This document shows positions 26,015 through 37,464 of a stretch of 64,000 nucleotides of DNA, in pieces. Below the pieces are notes generated by a model. It was given only the letters and a program-made list of their open reading frames with translations. It was not told the origin of the DNA and searched no databases. The DNA is taken from NCBI GenBank assembly GCA_023213395.1, contig CM041465.1:143785741-143849740 (forward strand). Reading direction: 5' to 3'. Position numbers and translations under genes: made by a program. The stretch's first letter is position 1. Every line of letters begins with the position of its first letter. This DNA comes from Cycas panzhihuaensis. Its lineage: Eukaryota > Plantae > Cycadophyta.

Positions 26015-28061
26015 GGAGAAGCCGAGGAAACCTCCATCGTTGCCTGTGAAGAATCTATAGTTTGACTATAGTTAAAGCTCTATTTCACTATCGAGGGATT
26101 CGAGGACAAACCAATTAGGAGGAAAACAGTAAGAATGGATGTAAATCTATTTACTAAGGTAGATAAATGCAAGACAAGCGAGCTTGGCCTCGGATTTCTG
26201 TTCGTCTTCTATTGGAACCCTCAACCTCATTTTCTTAATGGTCATGACACTATGATCATCAAAATTAGATTTGAGGAAGATGATTTGGGTAATTATTGGA
26301 GTGTGACATATAGACATGAAACCAATACTAGTTCATACTCGCCAGTGGTTGTTCTGCATCAGTTCTACTATTTTAGAGGGAACAGATAGAAGACAAGCTA
26401 TGCTGACAAGAAGGAAGGGACGAAGACATTTGGTGACCGGAACAGCCGTGACGGAGATCAACGTGCTCGTAAACCATAGACTGGCATTAATAGAGAAGAA
26501 AGAAACAGCCTTTTTATAGAAAAGGATTTGATGTAAAGCTCATAAATGTAAATCGAGGATGCAAAGTAACAAAGGGAGGTGGTACAAAGAAAGAAAAAAA
26601 ATGAAAAATTGGAAATGAATTAATGTCAACTGATAGATGCAGTGATGCCGTAAAAAAAGGAAAACTACACACAGAGAGACAAGGAGATTGCTTGCTTTCA
26701 ATATCGCAATTATAAATAAAAACAAAGCTGTGGCTAGTTCCAGCACGTTTCAAGGAAGCAACGTTGCAGTTTCGTGGTAGATAAGAAGAAATCTGTGTGG
26801 GGAAGATAGCTCAAATAAAATAGAAGCCAATAACTTCTGACCAAGCAAATATTTTGTATATACAAATGATTCAAAGAATTTTCTTCTATATAAATAACAG
26901 GGGATTGCTTGATTATTTTAAAGTCAAGATTTTAGTTTGTAGATTCTTAAGCTATATTCAAAAAAAATTCTACAACAAACTCGATGAAAGATTGGTAAAT
27001 CAATAGAGCCAAGTGAAACCAGAAGATTTTTAATTATTTTAACAAAGGTATAACAAATAAATGAAATGTATACACTTGTATCTGAGATCTTTTCGAATAT
27101 ATTGCAACAAATATTGCAAAAAAAATGTATTTAAAAACTGAAAACAACTGAAGAACCTAGAACACACAGTTGTAGCTAACTTGATCTCGTGTATATCTTT
27201 TTCAGACGATTGAATATGCCTTAAATATTATAGATCTGATAGACAGTTAAAAATATAGTAAAAAAATTATGATGAAAAATATAGATCTGTAATGAAATAC
27301 AACATATCTGAACTAGATGTAATAGAAAATGCTGAAAAACTTGATAAAATAAGTAGACCTTAAGCTAAATAATGCAGATCTGACGTGAGTATAGCAGATC
27401 TATAGCCAAATAATTACAGATCTGAATAAATATACTAGAAAATAGTGAAAAACTTACTAAAATAAGCAGATCTATAATAAAAAATAGCAGATATGAGAGA
27501 ATAGTGAATATTTAAACAAAATAACTATCATATATTTATTAAAGTGAGTATATCTATAGACTATGTAGCAGATCTAAAGTGAAATGTAGTAGATCTTGAA
27601 GAAAAAACTTGTATGAGTCTTGATTGGAACTAAAAACCTTCACACATCTGAGAGAATATTAGATAAGTAGATAAAAGAAATTGCCAAGAAATGATGAAAT
27701 ATATGGTAAAATATATAAATCTAAAGAAAGATAGCTCAAATCTGAAAAAAAACTTGAATAAATGTAGCTTGTTGTTAATCTCCTTCACAAATCTTTGAAA
27801 AAATATAGCTTGTAGCTGAAATCCTTCATAAATCTGCACAAATCTATGTAAAAATATGAAAAATATTTATTAAATCAGAAATATAACTCAATAATAATCA
27901 AAATCTGCTGAAATAATATATAAAACTTGATGAAAATTTTCCAGAAAATAAATATAGCTAATATTTCTTTCTTGTAAGAAAATCTATCATAGAATGCCAG
28001 TAAATCCTGTTGTTCTTCTTCAAAAAGCTTCACTATTAGAGATGCAATAGCCTAAAATCTG

Positions 28062-28177
28062 GCACTGATACCAAATGAAGGAAAATATACTGTAGCCAAA
28101 CTATGCTCTGATACCAAATGAAGGAAAATATACTATAGCCAAACTATGCTCTAATACCAAATGAAGGAAAATATACT
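28062..28177 (-). repeat. 43-bp tandem repeat giving three PBS copies
   Basis: PBS complements GCACTGATACCA (28062), GCTCTGATACCA (28105) and GCTCTAATACCA (28148), each followed on + by AATGAAGGAAAATATACT (LTR end). Confidence 0.92.
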
Positions 28178-30598
28178 TGCAGGAGAATAGGGTAGAACGT
28201 ATATCAAATAGCCATAAACCAATATTGCATCAATACATCAATGTATCACAATCACAATAGCATAACTCCAATAGTAGCAATAAGAAAAAGAGAATGAACC
28301 CATAAGATGAGTCAAAAAACTAATTCTTGAAAAGTAACCTAAACAATAAGATCAATCTAAAGATGAAAGCCAAGATGGAAGGATGTACTAGATAATGCAA
28401 ATTAGAGTATGTTCATATTTATGTACTATTAATATAAGTGACTGAGTTGGTTGTCATTTATCAATATGAGAACTAATGAGAGAGCTCATTATAGAGTTGA
28501 GCCCTTTATATAAATTTGATGGGCTTCAAGCTCAATGTTCAAGAACACCTCCATTATCAAAGGTTTATTCTTATCTACTCCATTTATCTATTTATTATTC
28601 TACTCTCACTTATCTAAGTTTACTACCTAATCCTTCATTTGGTATTTGATCTATTGAATATTATGCTAAGAGTTTTTATTTATAGAAATTTTCCTCATAC
28701 AAATGTTTTAAAGTGTATAGATGCCATATATATAATTATTTTATATTTTACAATTTTATTGACGAGTTTTATAGGTTTAGGGTTTAGGCATCCTTAATTC
28801 TTTAGGGCAAATTTTTTCCTTAAATAATCAATGAAACCTAAGTTTTTAACCTTCTAAATCACTTCCCATTGTATGTATAAGGCTCCGACAGGGTTAGATC
28901 TAGAGTTTGGTTGAGTTTAATAAAGATATAAGGCTTTGAATCTCCTCAAACTCGTTGTTGATGTCATCATGGTTGCACACAAGTTAGTGCATATTTTAGA
29001 GGTCAAATAATTGATTTTCCATTATGTTTTTATAACATAAGGTTACTTTTGCATCTAACAATTTTTAAAGGAGTTTAAAGTCTATAGAGCCCATTTTTCA
29101 TGGTCATATGGACTTTTTGATATAACCAAAAGTGAATAAAAAAAAGGTGCTTTTTAATTTGCAATCAAGTTTCATCATTTTTATGAGGTACTACTAGTTT
29201 TTTACCCACAACTTTCAAGTGATACAATGAATTTTAATATCACTTGATATGTTGGAAAGAGGACTCAATCCCCATAAAAAAGAATGGTTTCAAGGCATAC
29301 TTTGAAGGCATATTAAGGGAACAATTTGATGAAATTAATATTAATATTTTTGGGTTATTTTTTAACTAGTGACATAAGATCATTCTTTTATTAAAACCTT
29401 AGCCATACGATATTAGATTTTTGAACCATAAATTATAGTGGAATGTTCCTTTAGATTGTTGGAGTTAATGTTCATCACCCCACTCCCACCTTTCACACAT
29501 ATGAGTGCACACATATTAAGGTAAGTCAGGTAAGGTTAAGTTGATTTGAATTAAGTTGTTGAGTTATGTAATATTTTATTGTTATTTGAATTCTAGGGGC
29601 TGAGGAGTTTTGCTCCTCCCCCAAACTATATATTTGGACTGGTGTCCAACCCTAGTGTCTTTAGACACCTCCTATATTGGAAATTTTCTATGTACTCGCT
29701 CAAAGATAGATTGAATACAAATGCTTATGTGTTTATGCTACAATGATTTTGATTACTTGATGTATTACTCTGCTCTATCTCCATCATTTTTATGATCTAT
29801 CATTTGGTATCAGAGCATAGATCCTATGTATATTGGCTCAGATTTTTGGCCTATTAAAGTTTTTCTTTTAGAAGAAAGAAGATCCATTAGTATATGAAGT
29901 AGATCTACTCACGATAAACCAAATATTGGTTATATTCATTTTCTGTAAAGCTTATTAGTAGTTTCTTGTATTATTTTTTATTAAAGATCTAATTATTTCT
30001 GATTTATATTTGTAAAATAACTTACATTTTCATAGATCTGTGCAGGATCACAGCTACAATCAGTAAAATATTCAAGATCTCATCACTCCATGAAGTTTTA
30101 TTAACAAGTTTTGCTTATTTTATTAAATATTTAATCATTTCTGGTATATTTGGTCTATTTATTCAATATTTTTTTCCAGATCTATGCAATAGTTGTTGCA
30201 TATTCTGCCTAACAAGTTTCTTGGAGAAGTTATACTATAAGTTTTATTATCTATTAATTATTTTTTTAGGTTTTGGCAAAGGGTTAGTTGATAATTATCT
30301 ATGTGATCTAGCTCTTCATACGCTTGGCGAAAGTGTTGCATATGACTACTTGTTGGAATCTTGACAAGTTAATCTGTCTACTGAAGAAATCAGTTCGAAG
30401 TTTCACCTTGTGTGAAAGAAGTTCTCATCCTCTAAAGTCAATCTTCTACAAACCTATTATAGCAACATTAGTAGGTTCTTCATATTTTACGTTTAGATAT
30501 AAATTTATATATATTTCTTTGATATACCATCTCTAGTATATTTAAAAGATTTGGCTTTGTTTGTGGCTCCATTGCATAGTTTGTGGTTCCATTGTGTC

Positions 30599-33500
30599 TA
30601 TTAGAAAAATGACTTGTAATGCACATTTGTAGTAGTCGGCTTACAAGGTTCGTGTCTTTACAATATTATTAGTGGTCAACTTACGTTATACTCATGAATT
30701 TATGAGTATTTAAACACTTTATACTTTGTAATTTTTTGTTTAATGAAAGTGAAGGTATCCCATGATATCGTTTGTGATCCTAGAGTTTTCACTAGTTGAT
30801 TGAATTGTAGATTCCTACATGGTATCAGAGCGAAGGTTCGAAGAAATTTTTTGTAATGATGTATTCAAAATCTAATCAAAGGAGTTATGGATTTGAGATT
30901 GAGTACCATTGATACTACCATCTTCTCTCTGCTTCAGCGCAATAAAGGTACTTTATTTCTGTTAATTCTTATTTTACTTTGTATTTTATTCTATATCTTC
31001 TTTATGGTGATTTATTTGAAATAATAGTAAATAACTTTTTCTTCTGATCCAACATTGCATTTTCATTAATTCTCTACATCACCATTTTCATTCTCTTGCT
31101 TGTCTATCCTTTGTTGAATATTGCATTGCTCTGAGTTTTATCCTTCTTCTGTCTACTTAAGGTTATGATTCTCTTTATCACCCCTACGACTACTGTCTGA
31201 AATCTCATATATTTTTACAGCCATACCTCTACCCTAATTAACTGTAAACCTCTGTTATATGTGAATGATATGTGTCTGCCTTTATCATCTTATGTGATAA
31301 GAGTTCATATCCATTGCATGCATGTAACCTATGCTCGTTTTGCTTCACTGTCGCCCGCTTGTCCTCTTATCTTCCATACGTAGTCTAACTCTCTATTACC
31401 TGTGCATGGGCTGTGTGTGGAAGGTTGATGAATTCATATTCTCATCTCTGCGTGGTCATCTCTGTGGTTGCCTTCGTCTCTGCATGATTGTCTCTGTCTG
31501 TGTGGTCATTTCCATCATCTCTGTGTAGTCGTCTCTCTCTGCCTAATTGCTTAACATGGTTGTTCATCCTTGTCTGTACAGCCGCCTGACACAACCATCT
31601 TATTTCATCTCTATATCCATTTATTCATTGATGCCACTTACTCTTCTTTCATTCTTATTTATTTTTTTATCATAATCTACCTAACACAACCACCTAAAAC
31701 TCCCTTTTCATCATATGTGCATTAATGAAATCATTTAATTGTTGTCGCCACTCATTATGTAATATGCCTCTCATCCTTTATTTGATCAATTTCTTACACT
31801 ATATAGTTCTTAATTGAAGTGTATTGTTGATTATTGACATTTTTGTGTTAATTATCGCCATTGTTTATTGTGTTGTATGTTAATTATCGTCATTATTTGT
31901 TTGATCAATTTTTAATTATTTAATTCTTAGTTGAAGTGTATTCATTGATTATTGATATTTTTGTCATTATCTCCTTTATATAATATTTGTTTGATTTATT
32001 TTGAGGGTTTTTCGCTTATGTTTGAGCTTTGAAATCATTGATCAGTTACTGGCATGAGATTTATTTTGGTAATTGAAATTTTATCTTGATACTTGGTGTA
32101 ATGGTGTAATACTTGGTGTGATTATAGAAGTATTCTTCCTCTCAGTACCCTTTTTCTTAAAGCCTTTATTATCTACCTTATTAGGGCCTAGGAAGCATGA
32201 ATAATGGCAGCATATCAAATTAGGTAATCTCTACCAAAATTCAATGGTTCTAACTATCTTCCATGGTCAAGATAAATATAAGTCATCTTACAATCAAAGG
32301 GTTTGTGGAACATTATTGCTCATGATTTTAATCTTCCTCAACCAACTTTGCCTTGTACGAAATTAACATCTGATTAAGAGTTAGAAAAGGAAGAATTATT
32401 AAGGAAGGATAGTGATGCACTCCTGATTATATATATGTCTATAGCTGAGCAATTTTTTTCTCACATATATGGAGCATCTACCTCCCATGAAGCTTGGAAC
32501 ATATTAAAAACTGGTTATGAAAGGGCTATACCTCAAAGACTTCACAATCTGAGATTAAACTATGAAAATTTAAGGATGATGCCTTCAAATTCAATCAATG
32601 AATTCATTACAAAGATGCAAAATCTAGTTAATCAAATGGTTTATTTGGGAGAACAGATCTCTGAACAAAGAATGGTCGAGAAAATACTGAGAAGTGTGAG
32701 TGAAATCAGTAAATTTAAAAACATTGCAACTACCATTGAAGTAACCAATGACTTGTTTACCTTAAAAGTTGATCAATTGTTGTCTATATTACTCAATGTG
32801 GAAGAGAAATGTAAAAGTAAGGCTATAAATAAAGATTTAGATCAAGCTTTTGCATCAACTTCTAACTTAAGGTTGAATCGATCTCAAGAAGCAAATGTAC
32901 AATGAAATCTTTAGTTCTCAAGAGGAAGATCAAGAGGATCCAATCAAGGAAGAAGATGGAATTCGTCAAGTATAAATCAAGAAAGAGGATGGAATTCTAT
33001 AGGGCCAAGTCAAGGAAGAGGTTGGAACTCTATAGGATTAAGTTAGAATTCTTCACCTTTAGGTAGAGGTATGTCTTAAGGAAGGGGCAGGGGTTATGGT
33101 CCTTAATGCTATCGATGTGGAAAATTTAGACATTTGGCTAGAAATTGTTATTCAATAAACACAATTACAGATACCCAAGATAATTCTTCTAAAGGTGAGA
33201 GTTTATTCTATACTAGTTTGATGGGAAATTCCTTAAAAAATGATGAATGGTTTATTGACTCTAGATGCTCAACACATATGACTTACAATACTAAATCCTT
33301 TTCGAAAATTGATAAGGATCAGAAAGGGAAAGTTATATTTGGAGATGACAATACCCAAGAAGTTCTCCATTAAAATAAATGACAGAGAAAACAAGGATAT
33401 TCACAATGTTTTATTTGTTCCAGAATTAAAGAAGAATCTGTTGTCAGTTGGCCAAATGATAGAACAAAGATAGAGGTTAGTATTTGATGATGGTGAATGC

Positions 33501-36491
33501 AAGATCTATGATAAGAAAAGAAATTTATCTTTGATTGCTAAAGGAAAAATAACTCAAGATAGATTATTCAAATTAGCTCTATGTCCTCAAAATGTTGCTT
33601 TGAACACATCAGTTAATAATGATAGTATTCTATGGCATCTTCATTATGGACATTTAAACTACGGTAACCTTATCAACCTGAGAAAGAAAGGAATAATTAG
33701 TGGTCTCACTTTTATTCAAAGCAACAATGATGTTTGTGAAGGATGTGTTTTTGGAAAACATCATAGAAATAGTTTTCTTGAATCTAGTTTTCAATCTCAA
33801 GCTCCATTGGAATTAGTTCATGTTGATTTATGTGGGCCCATGAAGAATGTGTCACATGGAAAAGCAAGATATTTCATGATTTTGGTTGATGATTTCACAA
33901 GAAAGATTTGGGTTTACTTCCTTAAGGAAAAATTAGAAACATTCTTGAAATTTGTAGAGTTCAAAGCTATTTCTAAAAGACAAAGTGAATTCAAAATAAA
34001 AATTCTCATTTAGATAATGGGGGAGAATTTATCTCCAATGACTTTAAGGATTTTAATAGCAAAGTCAAAATAAGAGGATAATTTACAACTCTTTATACTC
34101 CCCAGCAAAATGGTGTAGCTGAAAGAAAAGTAAGGACTGTTATAGAAATGGCAAGATGTATGCTAAAAGGAAAAAAATTAAATGACTCTTTTTGGGGTGA
34201 AGTAATAAATGTTGTCATATGTTTACTAAATAGATGTCCAACTAAGGCATTGAAGGATGTGACTCCAAAGGAAGAATGAATAGGTAAGAGGCTTGATGTA
34301 AGCAATTTAAGAGTGTTTGGTTGTATTTCTTATGCACATATTCCTAATCAGAAAAGAACAAAATTGGAAAGCAAAAGTATTAAGTATATCTTTATAGGCT
34401 ATTCAGGTGAAAAAGGCCTATAGACTTTATGATCCAATTGCAATGGTTTTCTTTGTAAGCAGAGATGTTATTTTTGATGAACATGGTGAATATAAGGGTG
34501 AAGACGACAAAGGTAAGGAAATTTTGATTGAGATTGGTACCTTAGAAAGGAAGACAAATACAAATTCGATTGAAGATTCAAGCTCAAATCAACAATAGGG
34601 ACATGATCCAAAATGGCTTACAAGAAGTCATAATCCTAAAAATATTTTGGATAGTGACTTTAATAAAGATTCACAAGATCACAAGCTAAGGTAAAGTATG
34701 CTCTAATGTCTCAAGTGATGTAGAAATTTGAACCTCAAACTTTTGAGAAAGCTACAAAAAGTAATGAATGGACTCAAGCAATGGAAGTAGAACTCAATGC
34801 TATAAATCGGAATAAAACATGAGATATGGTTGAATTACCACCAGGTATGAATGTCATTGGAACCAAATGGATATATAAGGCTAAATACAATGATGATGGT
34901 ACCATTAACAAATATAAGGCATGACTAGTTGCAAAGGCCTATGCTTAACAGGAAGGTATAGATTATGAAGAAACCTTTGCTCCAGTTACTAGGATGACTA
35001 CCATTAGGTGTATCTTATCTCTTGTTGCTCATCTTTAGTTGGAAGATCTATCAAATTGATGTAAAATCAGCTTTTCTCAATGCTTATGTTGATGAAGAAA
35101 TTTATATCTCTCAACCTCAAGGTTTTGAAGTTAAGGGACATGAACACTTGGTGTATAGACTCAAAAAAGCTTTATATGGACTAAAACAAGCACCAAGAGC
35201 TTGGTATGCAAGAATTGATAAATATCTTTAAGATAAAGGTTTTCAAAGAAGTAATTCAAATTCAAATCTTTACATAAAGACCTCTAAGGACTCTATTTTG
35301 ATTGTTGCTGTGTATGTTGATGATTTAATTTACACTGGTAACGATGATGAGTTACTTCAAGAATTCAAAAGAGATATGAATTCTGAATTTAAGATGATGG
35401 ACTTAGGACAATTACATTATTTTCTTAGAATTGAAGTATGGCTAGATAATAGTGGAATATATATGTCTTAAAGTAAATATGCTATGGATATCTTAAGAAA
35501 AATTAACATGAGCGATTGTAATTCCTATTCCACTCCCATTGAAGTTGGATTAAAGCTAAGTAAGCCTGAAGAATCCACATCAGTTGACCCCACTCTATAT
35601 CGTCAGCTAATTGGAAACCTCATGTACCTTACTAATACAAGACTAGACATAAAATATGTTGTAAACCTAACTGCAAGGTTCATGGTAAATCCTATGCAGG
35701 AACACTGTAATGTTGCCAAGAGAATTCTTAGATACATTAAGGGAACAATTGATCATGGTCTCTTTTATAACTCTTCAAACAAATACATCCTGATTGGTGA
35801 TTCTGATGTAGATTGGGCTAATGATATGGAAGATAGGAAATCTATCACAAGTTATATCTTCAACATTGGTTCAGCAACAATATCTTGGAATACAAAGAAA
35901 CAACCCACTATGTCATTATCCACAGCAGAAGTAGAATATAAGGTAGATGAAGTGACAAGTCAAGAAGCTATTTGGATTAGAAGATTACTTGAAGATCTAC
36001 ATCAAAGGTAAAGCGATCCTACGGTAATTCATTATGACAATCAAAGTACAATACAAATGTCAAAGAATCCAGTCTTACATGTAAGAACAAAGCATATTGA
36101 GATTAAACACCACTATATTCGAGAGCTGGTTCAAGAGGGATAGATTGAACTTGTACATTATACAACAGAAGATCAAATTACTGATATATTTACAAAGGCT
36201 CTACCAAGCATCAAGCATTACAAGCTTAAGGAAGATTTGGGAATCTTTCAAAATGTGCATTATGGGGGAGTGCTAGAAAAATAACTTGTAATGAACATTT
36301 GTAGTAGTTAGCTTACAAGGTTCGTGTCTTTACAATATTATTAGTGGTTGGCTTACGTTATACTCATGAATTTATCAATATTTAAATACTTTGTACTTTG
36401 TATTTTTTTATTTAATGAAAGTGAAGGTATCTCACGATATCATTTGTGATCCTAGAGTTTTTTCTAGTTGATTGAATTGCAGATTCCTACA
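30599..36491 (+). mobile_element. Full-length Ty1/copia element C nested in B
   Basis: 221-bp LTRs (30599-30819, 36271-36491; about 21 mismatches by eye). TSD GTGTC at 30594-30598 and 36492-36496. PBS TGGTATCAGAGC at 30820 and PPT GGGGGAG at 36264-36270. Confidence 0.95.
32204..36262 (+). pseudogene. Copia gag-pol of element C with many premature stops
   Basis: Gag: EAWNILKTGY, MVEKILRS. Zinc knuckle: CYRCGKFRHLARNC. Protease: WFIDSRCSTHMT. Integrase: LWHLHYGHLN, LELVHVDLCGP. RT: [29 protein letters not shown]. RNase H: DVDWA, SLSTAEVEY. Confidence 0.94.
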
Positions 36492-37086
36492 GTGTCACTA
36501 GGATTTTATGAGTTTATATATAAATATTTTCGTTTAAATATTTCTCCATTATCATTTTGAGTGAGAAGATTATATTGTTAGCCTACCTTAGCTAAGCTTT
36601 CAGTCTACTTTCTCAGCCTCTTTCATTGCCATAGCTTCTTGTTTGTGGAGCTCGTTTGTCATTTCAATTAAAACCTCTGTATGTTATTGTCATTCTTTAG
36701 ATGGCATGATAATCATCTCTTCATCTTTGTATCTATGCTTCATATTCAAGAATGTGAGAATCCCTACCACTTTACTTAGCATCCATTGCTTAGCATCTAT
36801 TATACAGACTGCTTGTTGAACTTAAAAGTTTTCCTTATTTATTAAAAGTTCCTACTCGTACACTATCAATGCCAACATATATAATAAGTTGAACCAATTG
36901 TTTACTCATTCAAGAGTTTTGGATACGTTAGTAGCTATGAATCCAGTTAATATTTGTATTTGGATGCACCACTTAATCTTTGCTACCCCCTGCTAAATCA
37001 ACATCTTCCTTAGTGGCACTCTATTCTCTTCCTTAGTGGCACTCCATTCTAAGAGACAAAGATTGGTTAAGACTCCAGCTAAGGCT

Positions 37087-37464
37087 CTGACTAACCTATG
37101 CTTGATATTAAAACTTTTCAACAAATGCTTCTTGTATTTCCCTTTTTGCTATTGTTACTTCACCTCTAGAAATACCTGGCATAGTATGTCTTATCTTTGA
37201 CATTGAATTAGCAATCAATCCAAGGCTATGAAAATTGGATGGCTTCCCATGGCTTGATGCCCCCAATTTCACCACACTGCCTAGCGACAAAGTAGAAAAC
37301 TACCTTAGGGTGCTGTGAGATGTCTTCAACCCATCTTGTTTAATAAGCATTTCAGAATCTAACTAAGTAGATGTCAAAGGAATCTGGGTCAAACCACTAA
37401 GACTATAAGCCACAGCGGAAGACCTCACTGCGGCCGATGCAAAACATCTTGAGGCTTGATACAT
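37087..37464 (-). pseudogene. HSP90: Captured 5' fragment of an organellar (probably mitochondrial, HSP90-6-like) HSP90 gene: presequence plus start of the ATPase domain
   Basis: One frame from ATG 37464: MYQASRCFASAAVRSSAVAY...STLR*FSTLSLGS...EIQEAFVEKF*YQA*VSQ. The end matches EKFEYQAEVSR of plant plastid/mitochondrial HSP90, and the start is R/S/A-rich like a mitochondrial presequence. Homology stops at VSQ. Confidence 0.75.

Larger units (their letters stand above)
22805..28273 (-). mobile_element. Element A: non-autonomous copia-derived LTR element with host-gene cargo and 3' gag-derived ORF
   Basis: TSD GTAGC at 22800-22804 and 28274-28278. PPT (minus AAGGGGGAGAA) at 22881-22891 and iMet PBS at 28148-28159 (triplicated). 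The ends are short and dissimilar (22805-22880, 28162-28273), both TGAAGGAAA...ACTCCAA(C/T)A. Internal blocks are homologous to element B. No RT or integrase motifs were seen. Confidence 0.85.

Noticed and set aside
26135-26389. 84-aa ORF in frame with the CSLD fragment as CSLD continuation
   Set aside because: Homology ends at CELW (FAFSWLLDQLPK is expected next and is absent), and stops intervene.
28062-28177. CRISPR-like array or tRNA gene
   Set aside because: The units are near-identical with no unique spacers. The tRNA similarity is only the 12-nt PBS.
28775-28790. Telomeric repeat TTTAGGG
   Set aside because: Only about two units within D's leader, not an array.
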